Part shown: positions 17,045 through 27,681 of the stretch, in pieces
How the letters are laid out: every line of letters begins with the position of its first letter
Numbering within the stretch: the first letter of the stretch is position 1
Source of the DNA: an uncultured Acidobacteriaceae bacterium
GTDB lineage: Bacteria > Acidobacteriota > Terriglobia > Terriglobales > Acidobacteriaceae
DNA: 64,000 nt
NCBI GenBank assembly: GCA_963790505.1
Contig: CAWBOT010000004.1
Span: 1,132,225-1,196,224, forward strand
Direction: 5' to 3'
The notes under the pieces: generated by a model
Told to the model about the DNA's origin: nothing
Database searches by the model: none
What the model saw: the letters and a program-made list of their open reading frames with translations, nothing else
Position numbers and translations under genes: made by a program

Positions 17045-19369
17045 ATGCATCGTCCGCCCTTCAAGAAGGCATGTGCTTTCTGCCTTGTCGCCGTAATCGC
17101 AGCCTCCGTTTCTACCGTTGCCCTCCATGCGCAGACTTCCGCAAGCCCATCCGATGTGAAGCCTTCGGCGGCATTTTCTCAAGTCCTGAAGGCAGAGGTT
17201 GAGAAGGGCGAGTTTGAGCCAAAATATCCGGCCGAAAGCCACTGGCTTGACGGCGGCGACCGCTACACTCTGCTCGAGCCATCGGCCACCAACCCCGACT
17301 GGTTAGACATCGTCGCTTACGACACCGCGACCGGAAAACGGGCCATCCTGGTGCCCGCAAATCAGTTCATCCCCCAGGGAGAAAAAGCTCCGATCGCCAT
17401 CGAGGACTACGCCTGGTCGGCAGGTGATCGCAATTTGCTCATTTTTACAAATTCGCAAAAAGTCTGGCGCAGGCACACGCGCGGCGACTATTGGGTGCTC
17501 CATCTTTCCGATGGAAAGCTCACCAAGCTCGGCGGCAATGCTCTCCCGTCCACGCTCATGTTCGCGAAGTTCTCGCCTGATGGCGCTTCCGTCGCCTACG
17601 TAAGAAGCAACAACGTATATGTCGAAGATCTGGCGACCGGAAGTATCCGGCAACTGACCAGCGACGGCTCAGAGAACATCATCAACGGCACCAGCGACTG
17701 GGTCACCGAAGAGGAGTTCGACCTTCGCGACGCTTATTGCTGGAGCCCCGATTCGAAATCGATCGCCTACTGGCAGTTCGATCAAAGCGGAGTTGGCGAA
17801 TTCACCCTCATCAACGACACCAAGGCCAAGTATCCTGAGCTGTTCCGCTACAAATATCCGCAGCCCGGCGGAGTTAACTCTGCGGTCCGCGTCGGCGTGG
17901 TCTCCACAACTGGTGGCGATACCCGTTGGATTGAGCTTCCCGGAGACGCCCGCAACCACTACATTCCCCGGCTTGGTTGGGTCGGCGACTCGAACGAGAT
18001 CGTCCTGCAATACCTCAACCGGCTCCAAAACGAGAACCAGGTCTACCTCGTCAGCGCACAGACTGGAGCGGCCAAGCTGCTCTTTACCGACAAAGACGCT
18101 GCGTGGGTCGACGTGATGGATCGCTTCGAGTGGCTCGCAGGCAAAGACAGCTCAGCGACGCCGCCACATAAACGCGAACTGCTCTGGCTGAGTGAGCGCG
18201 ATGGCTGGCGGCACGCTTATCTGGTGTCGCGCACAACAGGGGAGATCCGGCTGATCACCGATTTCCCCGGCGATGTGATCGAGCCGATGTTTCTGGACGA
18301 GGCCGGCGGATACTTCTACTTCACTGCGTCGCCGTCCGATCCGGTCCGCGCCTATCTCTACCGCGCCCGCCTCGATGGAACAGGCAAACCGGAGCAGGTC
18401 ACACCCTCTGATCAGCCCGGCGAGCACTCCTACGATGTCGCTCCGAATGGCATGTGGGCGATTCATACCTATTCGAGCTCCAAGCATCCGCCCAGCTTCG
18501 ACCTGATCAAGCTGAGCTCCCACCAGGTCGGACGCGCGTTGCTAAACAACGACGCGCTCATTGCCAAGGACAACGCGCTGGATCCTCTTCCCGTGGAGTT
18601 CGTAGAAACGCCGGTGAGCGACGGCGTGAAGCTCAGTACCTTCGTCGTCAAGCCGCCGGGGTTCGACCCAATGAAGAAGTATCCAGTGCTCGTTTACGTT
18701 TACAGCGAACCGGCAGATGCAACGGTAAAGGACCGCTGGGGCTACACCTTCTATAAAGCCATCGCGCGGGAAGGCTATGTCGTCGTCAGCTTTGACAATC
18801 AGGGAACACCGGCTCCCCGCGGCCGCGCCTGGCGCAAGAGCGTCTATGGCTCAATCGGCGTGCTCTCTTCAAAACAGCAGGCAGAAGCGATTCGCGAATT
18901 CGCCCGGGAGCGCCCTTACGTGGACACATCGCGCATGGGAATCTTTGGATCGAGCGGCGGGGCGACCGAGACTCTCAACATGATGTTCCGCTATCCCGGC
19001 CTCTTTCAAGCGGGAGTGGCCATGTCACCGGTCCCCGACCAGATGCTCTACGACACCATCTATCAGGAGCGGTATATGGGCCTTCCGGCGGAAAATGCAA
19101 AAGGCTATCACGATGGATCGGCGATCAACTTTGCGGAGGGTCTGACCGGTCATCTTCTTATCATCCACGGATCGGGCGATGACAATGTACATTTCCAGGG
19201 GTCGGAGCTGCTCGTCAACCGCCTGATCGAACTCGGCAAGCCGTTCGAATTTATGGATTACCCCAACCGTACGCATTCGCTGAGCGAAGGACCCGGCACG
19301 GTACTTCACCTTTACAATCTGGTTCTGCGGTACATGGAGGAGCACGTGCCGCCAGGTCCCAGCAAGTGA
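17045..19369 (+). CDS. dipeptidyl-peptidase IV-type S9B serine peptidase
   Basis: Signal peptide from MHRPPFKKACAF. DPP-IV N-terminal propeller-type region, GxSxG nucleophile context GIFGSSGGA, and later GSGDDNVH and NRTHS. The listed ORF is open from 16904. Confidence 0.8.
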   Translation: MHRPPFKKACAFCLVAVIAASVSTVALHAQTSASPSDVKPSAAFSQVLKAEVEKGEFEPKYPAESHWLDGGDRYTLLEPSATNPDWLDIVAYDTATGKRAILVPANQFIPQGEKAPIAIEDYAWSAGDRNLLIFTNSQKVWRRHTRGDYWVLHLSDGKLTKLGGNALPSTLMFAKFSPDGASVAYVRSNNVYVEDLATGSIRQLTSDGSENIINGTSDWVTEEEFDLRDAYCWSPDSKSIAYWQFDQSGVGEFTLINDTKAKYPELFRYKYPQPGGVNSAVRVGVVSTTGGDTRWIELPGDARNHYIPRLGWVGDSNEIVLQYLNRLQNENQVYLVSAQTGAAKLLFTDKDAAWVDVMDRFEWLAGKDSSATPPHKRELLWLSERDGWRHAYLVSRTTGEIRLITDFPGDVIEPMFLDEAGGYFYFTASPSDPVRAYLYRARLDGTGKPEQVTPSDQPGEHSYDVAPNGMWAIHTYSSSKHPPSFDLIKLSSHQVGRALLNNDALIAKDNALDPLPVEFVETPVSDGVKLSTFVVKPPGFDPMKKYPVLVYVYSEPADATVKDRWGYTFYKAIAREGYVVVSFDNQGTPAPRGRAWRKSVYGSIGVLSSKQQAEAIREFARERPYVDTSRMGIFGSSGGATETLNMMFRYPGLFQAGVAMSPVPDQMLYDTIYQERYMGLPAENAKGYHDGSAINFAEGLTGHLLIIHGSGDDNVHFQGSELLVNRLIELGKPFEFMDYPNRTHSLSEGPGTVLHLYNLVLRYMEEHVPPGPSK

Positions 19370-19407
19370 GACATGCAAGATAGCGGCTCGATCAGCGCAC
19401 GGGTTCT

Positions 19408-20400
19408 TCAGTTTCTTCCGGTGCGCTGCGGCGAGGGGTAATACCCGGTCCGGTGTCGCAGCGAATAATCCGAGCCTCCAGCGACTCCGGTGAGAGAGAC
19501 CGAGATCGTTCGAAAATCCGAAGCAGTAGTGTGAGTCGACGGATAATACCCCAACAAATATTGCGTTCGCAGATCTTCCGATACCTTTTGAAATGCTGAC
19601 TCGAGGTCCGACGACTCGGCGTAGTAATGCTTGCCGCCGGTCTCCTGCGAAAGCGTAATCAGAGCGTGTTCGCCGCCGGTGTCGCGTCCTGCGTCCGCCG
19701 CGATTGGCACATCGATGATGCTGTAGACGAGCACTTCTGAGCGCAGCGCCGCTTCGAGCGCGTGCGAGTAGCTCACTCCTCTCACCGTGTCGTCGCCGTC
19801 CGTAATCAACACCAGCACCTTGCGGCCGGGATGCCCCGCGAGGCTCTGCGAGGCCAGGAAAATCGTGTCGTAAAGGGCCGTAGCCGGACCGCCGCGCAGC
19901 CGATCGAGACCACCGTCGATCTGGTGAAGGTTATTCGTAAACGGCACCACCTCGCGCACATCTGAGGCGAACTCCATCAGATCTAGTTGGTCGACCGGGC
20001 GCAGCAGCGCATGCACGAATTCGCGGGCCGCATGTGTCTCGATGCTCATGTCCTTGTGGACGGTTCCGCTGGTGTCGATTGCGAGGACAATCGAGAGCGG
20101 CACTGCCGACTCGCGGTCGAAGACGGCGATCTTCTGCGCGTGTCCGTCCTCGGCGAGAGTGAAGTTATCTTTGGTCAGGCCGCCGACCGGTGCGCCCTTT
20201 GCGTCAGTGACGTTGACGAATACGGGAACAAGGCTGACATTCACCTGAATTGCGGGCGCCGAACTTTGGATTACCGGATCCGTTTGACGGGCTGGAGCGG
20301 TGATCGAACCGATCCCGATGCCGCCCGGCGCCGATGCCTGCGCTGCTGCAATTGCGGGAACGCAGGCAACAAGCAGGGTTTGAGCTATCCGCATTCGCAT
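19408..20400 (-). CDS. secreted VWA-domain protein (VWFA-related acidobacterial type)
   Basis: Signal peptide. MIDAS-like AIDTSGTV. The architecture is typical of the VWFA-related family common in Acidobacteriota. Confidence 0.7.
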   Translation of the reverse strand: MRMRIAQTLLVACVPAIAAAQASAPGGIGIGSITAPARQTDPVIQSSAPAIQVNVSLVPVFVNVTDAKGAPVGGLTKDNFTLAEDGHAQKIAVFDRESAVPLSIVLAIDTSGTVHKDMSIETHAAREFVHALLRPVDQLDLMEFASDVREVVPFTNNLHQIDGGLDRLRGGPATALYDTIFLASQSLAGHPGRKVLVLITDGDDTVRGVSYSHALEAALRSEVLVYSIIDVPIAADAGRDTGGEHALITLSQETGGKHYYAESSDLESAFQKVSEDLRTQYLLGYYPSTHTTASDFRTISVSLTGVAGGSDYSLRHRTGYYPSPQRTGRN

Positions 20401-20548
20401 TTCTTACTTACAGCTTAGACTTCGGCCGGCAGTATTTGTATTCCCGCGTGGCATCCTGAACCGGCACAACCATTCGTATCTTTTCGCCAAGCTTCCTTGC
20501 TCCTCGAATGGCGGCCTAGGGGCATCGTGCTACCATCGCCTTTTGACT

Positions 20549-21196
20549 ATGAAAACGCCACTTCTCAGCTTGCCCTCTCAGCTCTTGTCGTCTGGTCTAT
20601 TGCTGGCCGCTCTCGCGCCCGCCGCGGCTTACGCCCAAACCGGATCCACCACGACCGCGCCTAAAACGACTACCCATAGAGCCACCGGGACGAGCGCCGC
20701 GGCTTCCACTGCCATGAAACTGCCACCGAATATTCCCGTCGTGCATGGCATTCCGAAGACCGAGTTCGCCCTGAAGTATATCGACTATAAGCTCGGCACC
20801 GGCGACTTGGCGAAGTCCGGCTGGAAATATAAGGTCCATTACACCGGATGGCTGCATGACGGCACCAAGTTCGACTCCTCGGTCGACCGCGGAACGCCCA
20901 TCGACTTTGTCCAGGGTGCTCATCGTGTCATTCCCGGATGGGACGAGGGCTTCGACGGAATGCACGTCGGCGGCAAGCGCAGGCTCTTCATTCCCTGGCA
21001 GTTGGCCTACGGCGCTACCGGTCGCGGACCGATTCCGCCTAAGGCCGACCTGATCTTTGATATTGAGCTGGTCGCGCAGGCGGATCCGAGCGCGCCACCG
21101 CAACCGCCATCGGCCGCCCCAGCAGCTCCTCAGGGCGCGACTCCGCCGCCAACTGCCACTACCCCGCCCGCGAAGCCTGCTGCACCACCGCAATAA
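20549..21196 (+). CDS. FKBP-type peptidyl-prolyl cis-trans isomerase with a Pro/Ala-rich tail
   Basis: YTGWLHDGTKFDSSVDRGTPIDF...VIPGWDEG...GGKRRLFIP...DLIFDIELV. Confidence 0.9.
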   Translation: MKTPLLSLPSQLLSSGLLLAALAPAAAYAQTGSTTTAPKTTTHRATGTSAAASTAMKLPPNIPVVHGIPKTEFALKYIDYKLGTGDLAKSGWKYKVHYTGWLHDGTKFDSSVDRGTPIDFVQGAHRVIPGWDEGFDGMHVGGKRRLFIPWQLAYGATGRGPIPPKADLIFDIELVAQADPSAPPQPPSAAPAAPQGATPPPTATTPPAKPAAPPQ

Positions 21197-21249
21197 ACGG
21201 GATCGGGGGTAGGGTTTCAAAAGACAAATAGCGCTTCGAAGACTGGCCT

Positions 21250-22351
21250 TCAGGTGCGACTTTTCACACTCGCCAGTTCAGCGACCATTGCCGCGATGTC
21301 CGCAGCTGCATTCGGCCTCGCCAGCGCCATTGCGTGCGCGCCCATTCGATCCAACTCTTCGCCGCGGTTGAACAACCCCACGAGCGTCTCTAGCAGGATT
21401 GCGTCGGTCAGCTCTGCCTCGATCACCATCCGCGACGCGCCGCCGTCTGTCATCACCTCGGCATTCTTGCGCTGATGATCATCCGTAGCCTGTGGAAACG
21501 GGATCAGCACCGCCGGTTTACCCGCTGCGCACAATTCGGCTACGGTACTCGCGCCGCTCCGTGCGAGTACCAGGTCGGCAGACCCAAACCGCTTTGGCAT
21601 GTCGTCCAGGAACGCGTGGACCTCCCAGCGTTTCGGATCTGCGCCGGAGGCTAGGTATGCAGCGGAGGTAGCCTCCGCATGGCGTGCGCCCGCCTGATGC
21701 AGCATCGTTAGTCCGGGCACAGAATCCAGCAAGGAGGCCGCGATGCGAGGCATCATCGTATTGAAGTTCCGCGCGCCCTGGCTGCCGCCGAAGATAAGAA
21801 GATGCGGCGCACTCCCCGCCGTTCGTGGCTGCAGCGCGAAGAATTCCTTGCGCACCGGGATTCCCGTCACTTTGGCATTCCGGAAATACTGGCCCGCCGG
21901 AGCGAAGCTCACCGCCGCTGCGCTCACCTGCTTGCCAACGAGCCGGTTCGCGAGTCCGGGCGCTGCATTCGGCTCAAAGGCTAGCGTCGGGATGCGCTTT
22001 AACAGAGCTGCAAGCATTCCCGGCCCCGAAGCGTAGCCACCCACACCGACGACCACGTCGGGTCGAAACGTACTGAGGAGCTTGAAGCAGCGCTGGCAGT
22101 CCAAAGGGGAGATCCATCAGGGTCCGCAGCCTTGTCGCCAGGCTGACGCCCTTCAACTGACCAACATGAATCAAATCTAGTTCGTAGCCTGCAGCGGGAA
22201 CCAGCCGGGTTTCAAAACCGCGCGCTGTGCCGACGAAGCGAATCTCGGCCCCATAGCGGTCGCGAAGCTCGTCGGCAATCGCCACTGCTGGAATCACATG
22301 TCCGCCGGTGCCGCCGCCTGCAATCAACACACGCAAGGCGGTCAGTCGCAC
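21250..22351 (-). pseudogene. murG: murG (lipid II GlcNAc transferase) with an apparent 1-nt indel at a G4/C4 run
   Basis: N-terminus [20 protein letters not shown] is in ORF 21974..22351. The rest ([15 protein letters not shown]...) is in ORF 21250..22104. The frames meet at ...LMDLP / [10 protein letters not shown], across gggg at 22106-22109. Confidence 0.85.
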
Positions 22352-23430
22352 TCCCGGGTGATATTCAACAGCACCCCGATCGAAAGCAGAGTGATGAACA
22401 GGGAAGTCCCTCCATAGGAAATGAAGGGCAGCGTAATTCCTTTGGTCGGCACCAGCGCGAGAACTACGCTGATATTGAAGAATGCCTGGATCAGGATGGT
22501 TGTGGTGATTCCAAAGGCCAGGAACCGGGCAAACGGGTCACGCGACAGCAGAGCTGCTCGCAGGCCTCGGTAGCCGAGCACAACGAAAAGCGTGACCACT
22601 ACCAGCGTGCCGACCAATCCTAATTCTTCCGCAATGTTGGCGAAGATGTAGTCGGTGTGCGACTCGGGAAGATAGAACAGCTTCTCTACTCCGCCCATGT
22701 AGCCGCGGCCAAATACTCCGCCCGTGCTCACCGCGATCAGCGATTGGTTCATGTGGTAGCCGATGCCTTGCGGATCGCGGTCGGGAAACAGAAAGGCCAG
22801 AAGCCGCTCTCGCCGAAACTTGACCGAGAGCATGAAGACGAGTACCGGGAGCGCCGCCGCTCCAGCCAGTGCCAGATACTTCAAGTCCATGCCCGCAAGG
22901 TAAAGGATCAGCGCTGTCACCGCTGCGCAGACCAACGCCGTGCCGAGATCGGGCTCCTTAAGGATCAGCCCGATGAAGAGCAGACTCGGCAAGGCTGCCG
23001 GAATCAGCGTCCCCCGCCAGTCGTTAATCATGTGCAGCTTGTTTTGCAGGAACCAGGCCAGGAAAAGGACCAGCGCAGGCTTCGCGATCTCCGACGGTTG
23101 AAGCGAAAGCGGTCCGAGCTTAATCCAGCGAACGGCGCCGTGCGACTTCGGCATGACAAACACAGCCAGTAACAGCAGGGCAGTGATGGCAATCAGGGGA
23201 AACACAACGCGCGGCTGATTATATTTCTTGTAATCGACCTGCATAAGAACGGTCATCGCCGCCAGGCCCAGCACCGCCCAGACAGCCTGCTTGATCAGGA
23301 AGCTGTACGGTGAACCGGACGCGGCCTGCGACGTGATCGCCGACGCGCTGAAGACCATCACTAATCCAATCACCACCAGGACGAGTGTCGTGCAGAAGAG
23401 TACTTTGTCGACCCCTACGCGTTTTGCCAT
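22342..23430 (-). CDS. ftsW: SEDS-family cell-division protein FtsW
   Basis: Multi-TM SEDS pattern ([39 protein letters not shown]). It sits between murD and murG. Confidence 0.9.
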   Translation of the reverse strand: MAKRVGVDKVLFCTTLVLVVIGLVMVFSASAITSQAASGSPYSFLIKQAVWAVLGLAAMTVLMQVDYKKYNQPRVVFPLIAITALLLLAVFVMPKSHGAVRWIKLGPLSLQPSEIAKPALVLFLAWFLQNKLHMINDWRGTLIPAALPSLLFIGLILKEPDLGTALVCAAVTALILYLAGMDLKYLALAGAAALPVLVFMLSVKFRRERLLAFLFPDRDPQGIGYHMNQSLIAVSTGGVFGRGYMGGVEKLFYLPESHTDYIFANIAEELGLVGTLVVVTLFVVLGYRGLRAALLSRDPFARFLAFGITTTILIQAFFNISVVLALVPTKGITLPFISYGGTSLFITLLSIGVLLNITRECD

Positions 23431-24794
23431 GCCGGTAATCTCCTTCGTGCCATTACCAATTCCTTGAAGACCCGTCCGCGGTGCTCATAATTCTCGAACT
23501 GGTCAAAGCTCGAGCAGGCGGGCGCCAGCAGCACGACGTCGCCCGGCATCGCGGCTACGCCGGCTTTCGCTACGGCCTCTGCGAGCGTCCCGGCACTCAC
23601 GATCGGAACGTCACCGCGGATTTGGCTCTCGATCTTCTCGGCTGCCGCGCCAATGGTATAAACCGCCCGGACGCGCTCTTTCAGCAGCGCGCTTAATTGC
23701 GTGTAGTCGGAGTTCTTGTCTTTGCCGCCAAGGATCAGATGAATGCCCCCCGCAAACGAGGCGATGGCCTTTGCGGCGGCATCCACATTGGTGGCTTTCG
23801 AGTCGTTGTAGTAGTCGACGCCATTGAGCGTCACCACAAACTCAAGCCGGTGCTCGACGGCGTGGAAGCTCTCCACCGCCCTTCGGATTGCCGCCGGCTC
23901 AACTTTCGCCAGCCGAGCCGCGCAAACGGCAGCAAGTACGTTCTCCACGTTGTGATCTCCCTTGAGCGGAATCTTCTCTACGCGAACGATGCTCTCAGGA
24001 GCAGAGTCCTTCAGGGCCCTAAAAACGATCTCGCCATCAAGGACGAATGCGCCTTGGTCCACGGCGGACCTTCGGCTGAACCAGAAGACTCGCGAACCTG
24101 CCTTCCCCGCCGCTGCGCGGGTCACTGGGTCGTCCCAATTCAAAACCAGCGAGTCTTCGCCCGTCTGTTGCGCGAAAATCCGCTCTTTCGCGGCGACATA
24201 GTTTTCAAATGTGAGGTGCCGATCGAGATGATCGGGAGTGATGTTCAGGATTACCGCGATGTCGGGACGAAACTTCTCCGTAGTCTCCAGCTGGAAGCTG
24301 GAAACCTCTAGCACCGACCACCCATCTTCACGGCTATCCTCGACTAGAGCGATGACCGGCAGTCCAATATTACCCCCGACCACGACAGGTAATCCCGCCG
24401 ATACCAGGATCTCCCCGCATAGGCTGGTGGCCGTCGTCTTGCCATTCGAGCCGGTAATCGCAAGCACCTTGCCCTTGAGATAGAGAGCGGCCAGCTCTAC
24501 CTCTCCAATGACCGGCAAGCCAAGACCCTTCACCTTGACGATCTCTGGGGTATTCATGGGGACGCCCGGGCTGACCACGATCAAATCCTGACGGCGAAAG
24601 GTGAGCAACCCGTGGCCGCCGGCCTCAACCGCGATTCCTTCTTCGAGCAGCGCTGGAATCTCTCTGGCCAGGGCTCCCGCACTGCGCACGTCGGACACCG
24701 TCACCTGCGCGCCGCGTCGCCGCAGGAACAGCGCCGCCGCCAGACCGGATTTCCCCAGCCCCACCACCAGGATTTTCTTTCCCTTTAACTCCAC
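23415..24794 (-). CDS. murD: UDP-N-acetylmuramoylalanine--D-glutamate ligase
   Basis: KKILVVGLGKSG, ITGSNGKTT. Start placed at the GTG at 24794 (GAGG lies 8 nt upstream). The 28 extra codons of the listed ORF (to 24878) translate a hairpin repeat. Confidence 0.85.
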   Translation of the reverse strand: MELKGKKILVVGLGKSGLAAALFLRRRGAQVTVSDVRSAGALAREIPALLEEGIAVEAGGHGLLTFRRQDLIVVSPGVPMNTPEIVKVKGLGLPVIGEVELAALYLKGKVLAITGSNGKTTATSLCGEILVSAGLPVVVGGNIGLPVIALVEDSREDGWSVLEVSSFQLETTEKFRPDIAVILNITPDHLDRHLTFENYVAAKERIFAQQTGEDSLVLNWDDPVTRAAAGKAGSRVFWFSRRSAVDQGAFVLDGEIVFRALKDSAPESIVRVEKIPLKGDHNVENVLAAVCAARLAKVEPAAIRRAVESFHAVEHRLEFVVTLNGVDYYNDSKATNVDAAAKAIASFAGGIHLILGGKDKNSDYTQLSALLKERVRAVYTIGAAAEKIESQIRGDVPIVSAGTLAEAVAKAGVAAMPGDVVLLAPACSSFDQFENYEHRGRVFKELVMARRRLPAWQNA

Positions 24795-24821
24795 CGCCGT
24801 TGCCTCATGCCTGAACAATAA

Positions 24822-24895
24822 GGGTGCCCCAATCAAGTCCCCTGCTGGCTTGATTGGGACGGACGCAAACGTGCGCACCCCGTAGCTGGGTGCGC
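24822..24895. repeat. two stem-loop repeats in the mraY-murD spacer
   Basis: A GGGTGCCCCAA head precedes a hairpin pairing 24829-24839 with 24847-24857 (11 bp, 7-nt loop). A second hairpin, gcgcaccc-cgtagct-gggtgcgc, spans 24873-24895. The first closely resembles the unit inside the desulfurase gene. Confidence 0.75.
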
Positions 24896-25003
24896 CGCAA
24901 ACCCGCCGTCACTTCAACTCCTTCGCGCCAGATAAGGGTTGCCAATCGACACCGCACTCATTCTCCCACGTCACCGCCATGTGGAGGGCAGCTCAATCCG
25001 GGC

Positions 25004-26140
25004 TCAGCGCAGTTTGAGCGTCGTGAGTGCAAAGAGTGCAAACACCAGCGCTCCAATCCAGAAACGCACGATGACCTTGGACTCCGACCAGCCGATCAAT
25101 TCGAAATGATGGTGCAGCGGCGCCATCTTGAAGATGCGCTTGCCATTGCGCAATTTGTAGCTGCCCACTTGCAGAATGACCGAGAGAGCCTCCAGGACGA
25201 AGATGCCGCCAATAAACGGCAGCAGCAGCTCCTGTTTGATGACCACCGCTACCGTGGCGATCGCGCCGCCGAGGGCCAGAGATCCCACGTCGCCCATAAA
25301 AATCTCTGCCGGATGGGCGTTATACCAAAGGAAGCCGATGCTCGCTCCCACCATCGCGCCGCAGAAGACGGTCAGCTCAGCTACCAGCGGCATTCGCTGC
25401 AATTCCAGATAATCGGAGAAGACTACATGTCCGCTGACATAGGTAAGCACCGTCAGGGCGCTCGCCGCCACCAGCGTGCAGCCGATTGCCAGCCCGTCGA
25501 GCCCGTCAGTTAGGTTGACCGCGTTGCTCGCCGCCACCAGCACCACCACCACAAACCCGACGAACGGCAGGAACGCCAGGAGCCCAAGGTGCGGAATTCC
25601 ACCCAGGATGTGCCACGCCAGATCAGGCCGGAAGCGTTTGACGAACGGCACCATGAGGTGGGTCGAATAGGAACCCTGCTCCTGTAGCCCGATCAGCGCC
25701 ACCGCTACCGCGACTCCGGCGAGGATTTGTAGAAGCATTTTGGCGCGTGCTGTGAGACCCAAACTCCGGCGGTGAACCACTTTAATGTAGTCATCGGCGA
25801 ACCCAATCGCTCCGAACGCCAACGTCGAGCCCATGACCAGCCACACAAACGGGTTGGACAGGTCCGCCCAGAGCAGCGTCGGCAACAGGACAGCGATGCA
25901 GATCAACAGCCCGCCCATCGTCGGTGTCCCAGACTTTTTCTGGTGGGCCTGCGGCCCATCGTCACGGACGTATTGACCGATCTGGAACTCGCGCAGCTTC
26001 TCGATTACGTACGGGCCGATAATCAGGGTGATCAGAAGCGCGGTCAGGCTCGCAAACGCAGTGCGAAAGGTCAGATACCGGAAAATTCGGAATGGCCGGA
26101 AGTAAGGGAACAGTTTCTGATAGAGCAGCCAGTAGAGCAA
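25004..26140 (-). CDS. mraY: phospho-N-acetylmuramoyl-pentapeptide transferase
   Basis: Typical MraY N-terminus ([11 protein letters not shown]) and conserved [19 protein letters not shown] and HHHFE motifs. Confidence 0.95.
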   Translation of the reverse strand: MLYWLLYQKLFPYFRPFRIFRYLTFRTAFASLTALLITLIIGPYVIEKLREFQIGQYVRDDGPQAHQKKSGTPTMGGLLICIAVLLPTLLWADLSNPFVWLVMGSTLAFGAIGFADDYIKVVHRRSLGLTARAKMLLQILAGVAVAVALIGLQEQGSYSTHLMVPFVKRFRPDLAWHILGGIPHLGLLAFLPFVGFVVVVLVAASNAVNLTDGLDGLAIGCTLVAASALTVLTYVSGHVVFSDYLELQRMPLVAELTVFCGAMVGASIGFLWYNAHPAEIFMGDVGSLALGGAIATVAVVIKQELLLPFIGGIFVLEALSVILQVGSYKLRNGKRIFKMAPLHHHFELIGWSESKVIVRFWIGALVFALFALTTLKLR

Positions 26141-26343
26141 ACGTCCTCCGGCGAGATTGCAAATTTGCTCTATCTTACAGCGGCGCGGGAGGGTGAGCGG
26201 CTTAAGGCTGGCGTCTCATGACCACAGACACTCGCGCGTAAACTCCTGAGCATCTGGAAGTAATCTGGGCGCAAGGCGGCGCTTCTCGTATTATCGGTTC
26301 GTAGTAGAGAGACTTTAGCCCGGACAGAACTGAGATCGAAAGA

Positions 26344-26598
26344 ATGGCGATTTCCCTCATGCCTCCAAGTCAGCCCTACGAGATTGGCGCCCGGTTGTAT
26401 CGAACGTTGCAGGCCAAAGCTATGCTGTTGGAAATCGAGGCCCTCCGCGACGAGCTTGCCGCCGCCAACATCGAAGATTCCGATCAAATGCGCCGCCAGC
26501 GCCTCCTCATCCAGGCCCAACGTGATGATGCCGAACGGCTCCGGAACTTCCTTGTCAAGACATGCCCGCGCCCCTGCGCAGGGCACGATCGAGGCTGA
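26344..26598 (+). CDS. small coiled-coil hypothetical protein
   Basis: 84-aa ORF with GC3-rich codons upstream of ruvB. No recognisable motif. Confidence 0.4.
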   Translation: MAISLMPPSQPYEIGARLYRTLQAKAMLLEIEALRDELAAANIEDSDQMRRQRLLIQAQRDDAERLRNFLVKTCPRPCAGHDRG

Positions 26599-26620
26599 AT
26601 CAGGGTAAACTTCCCAACAG

Positions 26621-27655
26621 ATGCCTCCGGCTAGTTCCAACCCCGAACGCTTAGTCTCTGCTACCCGCGCCGAAGAGGAAAGCTCCTTCGAACTCAAGCT
26701 TCGCCCCCGGATTCTCGCGGAATTCATCGGCCAGCCCAAGGCGAAGGAGCAACTGGCGATCGCTCTCGAGGCGGCCAGGTCGCGTGGAGAGGCTCTGGAC
26801 CACGTATTGCTCTTTGGCCCTCCGGGACTGGGAAAGACGACTTTGGCCTCGATCATCGCCAACGAGCTGGATGTCGGATTCCAGCAGACTTCCGGTCCGA
26901 CATTGCAGATCCAGGGTGATCTGACCGCCATCCTCACCAACCTGCGCGAACGCCAGGTGCTGTTTCTCGATGAGATTCATCGCCTGCAACCGGTGCTCGA
27001 GGAGAAGCTCTACACCGCTCTTGAGGACTATAAGCTCGACATCATCATCGGCCAGGGACCGGCTGCGCGCACCCATGTGATGGAGATCAAGCCCTTCACC
27101 TTCGTCGCCGCAACGACCCGGCCTGGCCTGCTATCTTCGCCGTTGCGATCGCGCTTCGGCATCCTGCTGCGGCTCGAGTTTTATGGCGAAGACGACCTGC
27201 GCTATATCGTCGAGCGTTCGGCCGAGGTCATGAACGTTCCCATCGACCACGACGGCGCCGCCGAGATTGCGATGCGCTCCCGCGGGACACCCAGAATTGC
27301 GAATCGGCTGCTGAGAAGGGTCCGCGACTACGCTCAGGTGCGCGGAACCGGCTCGATCGACCGCCCGATTGCCGAGGCCGCGCTAAAGATGCTCGAGGTC
27401 GACGCCCATGGCTTCGACGAACTCGATCGCCGCCTGTTGCTGACCATCATTGAGAAATATGGGGGCGGCCCGGTCGGGCTAAACACCCTGGCGGCTACGC
27501 TGGCCGAGGAAGAGGACGCGCTCGAAGAGGTTTACGAGCCATTCCTGATTCAGATCGGTTTTCTTGACCGCACGCCGCGGGGCCGTGTCGCGACGCGGCT
27601 CGCCTACGAGCATTTCGGAATTGAACTGCCTCGTCGGCAAACACCATTATTCTGA
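26621..27655 (+). CDS. ruvB: Holliday junction branch migration helicase RuvB
   Basis: Walker [19 protein letters not shown], and the [14 protein letters not shown] sensor region. Confidence 0.95.
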   Translation: MPPASSNPERLVSATRAEEESSFELKLRPRILAEFIGQPKAKEQLAIALEAARSRGEALDHVLLFGPPGLGKTTLASIIANELDVGFQQTSGPTLQIQGDLTAILTNLRERQVLFLDEIHRLQPVLEEKLYTALEDYKLDIIIGQGPAARTHVMEIKPFTFVAATTRPGLLSSPLRSRFGILLRLEFYGEDDLRYIVERSAEVMNVPIDHDGAAEIAMRSRGTPRIANRLLRRVRDYAQVRGTGSIDRPIAEAALKMLEVDAHGFDELDRRLLLTIIEKYGGGPVGLNTLAATLAEEEDALEEVYEPFLIQIGFLDRTPRGRVATRLAYEHFGIELPRRQTPLF

Positions 27656-27681
27656 GATCAGGGCTGCGAGGAGGAGGAACC

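Noticed and set aside
24795-24878. Longer murD start at 24878
   Set aside because: The extra 28 codons are a translated hairpin repeat. A GTG with a GAGG upstream sits just before the conserved KKILVVGLGKSG.
26170-26940. 256-aa minus-strand ORF spanning the mraY-ruvB spacer and the 5' end of ruvB
   Set aside because: It overlaps the well-supported ruvB and the small plus-strand ORF, and it has low-complexity Arg/Ser/Pro composition.
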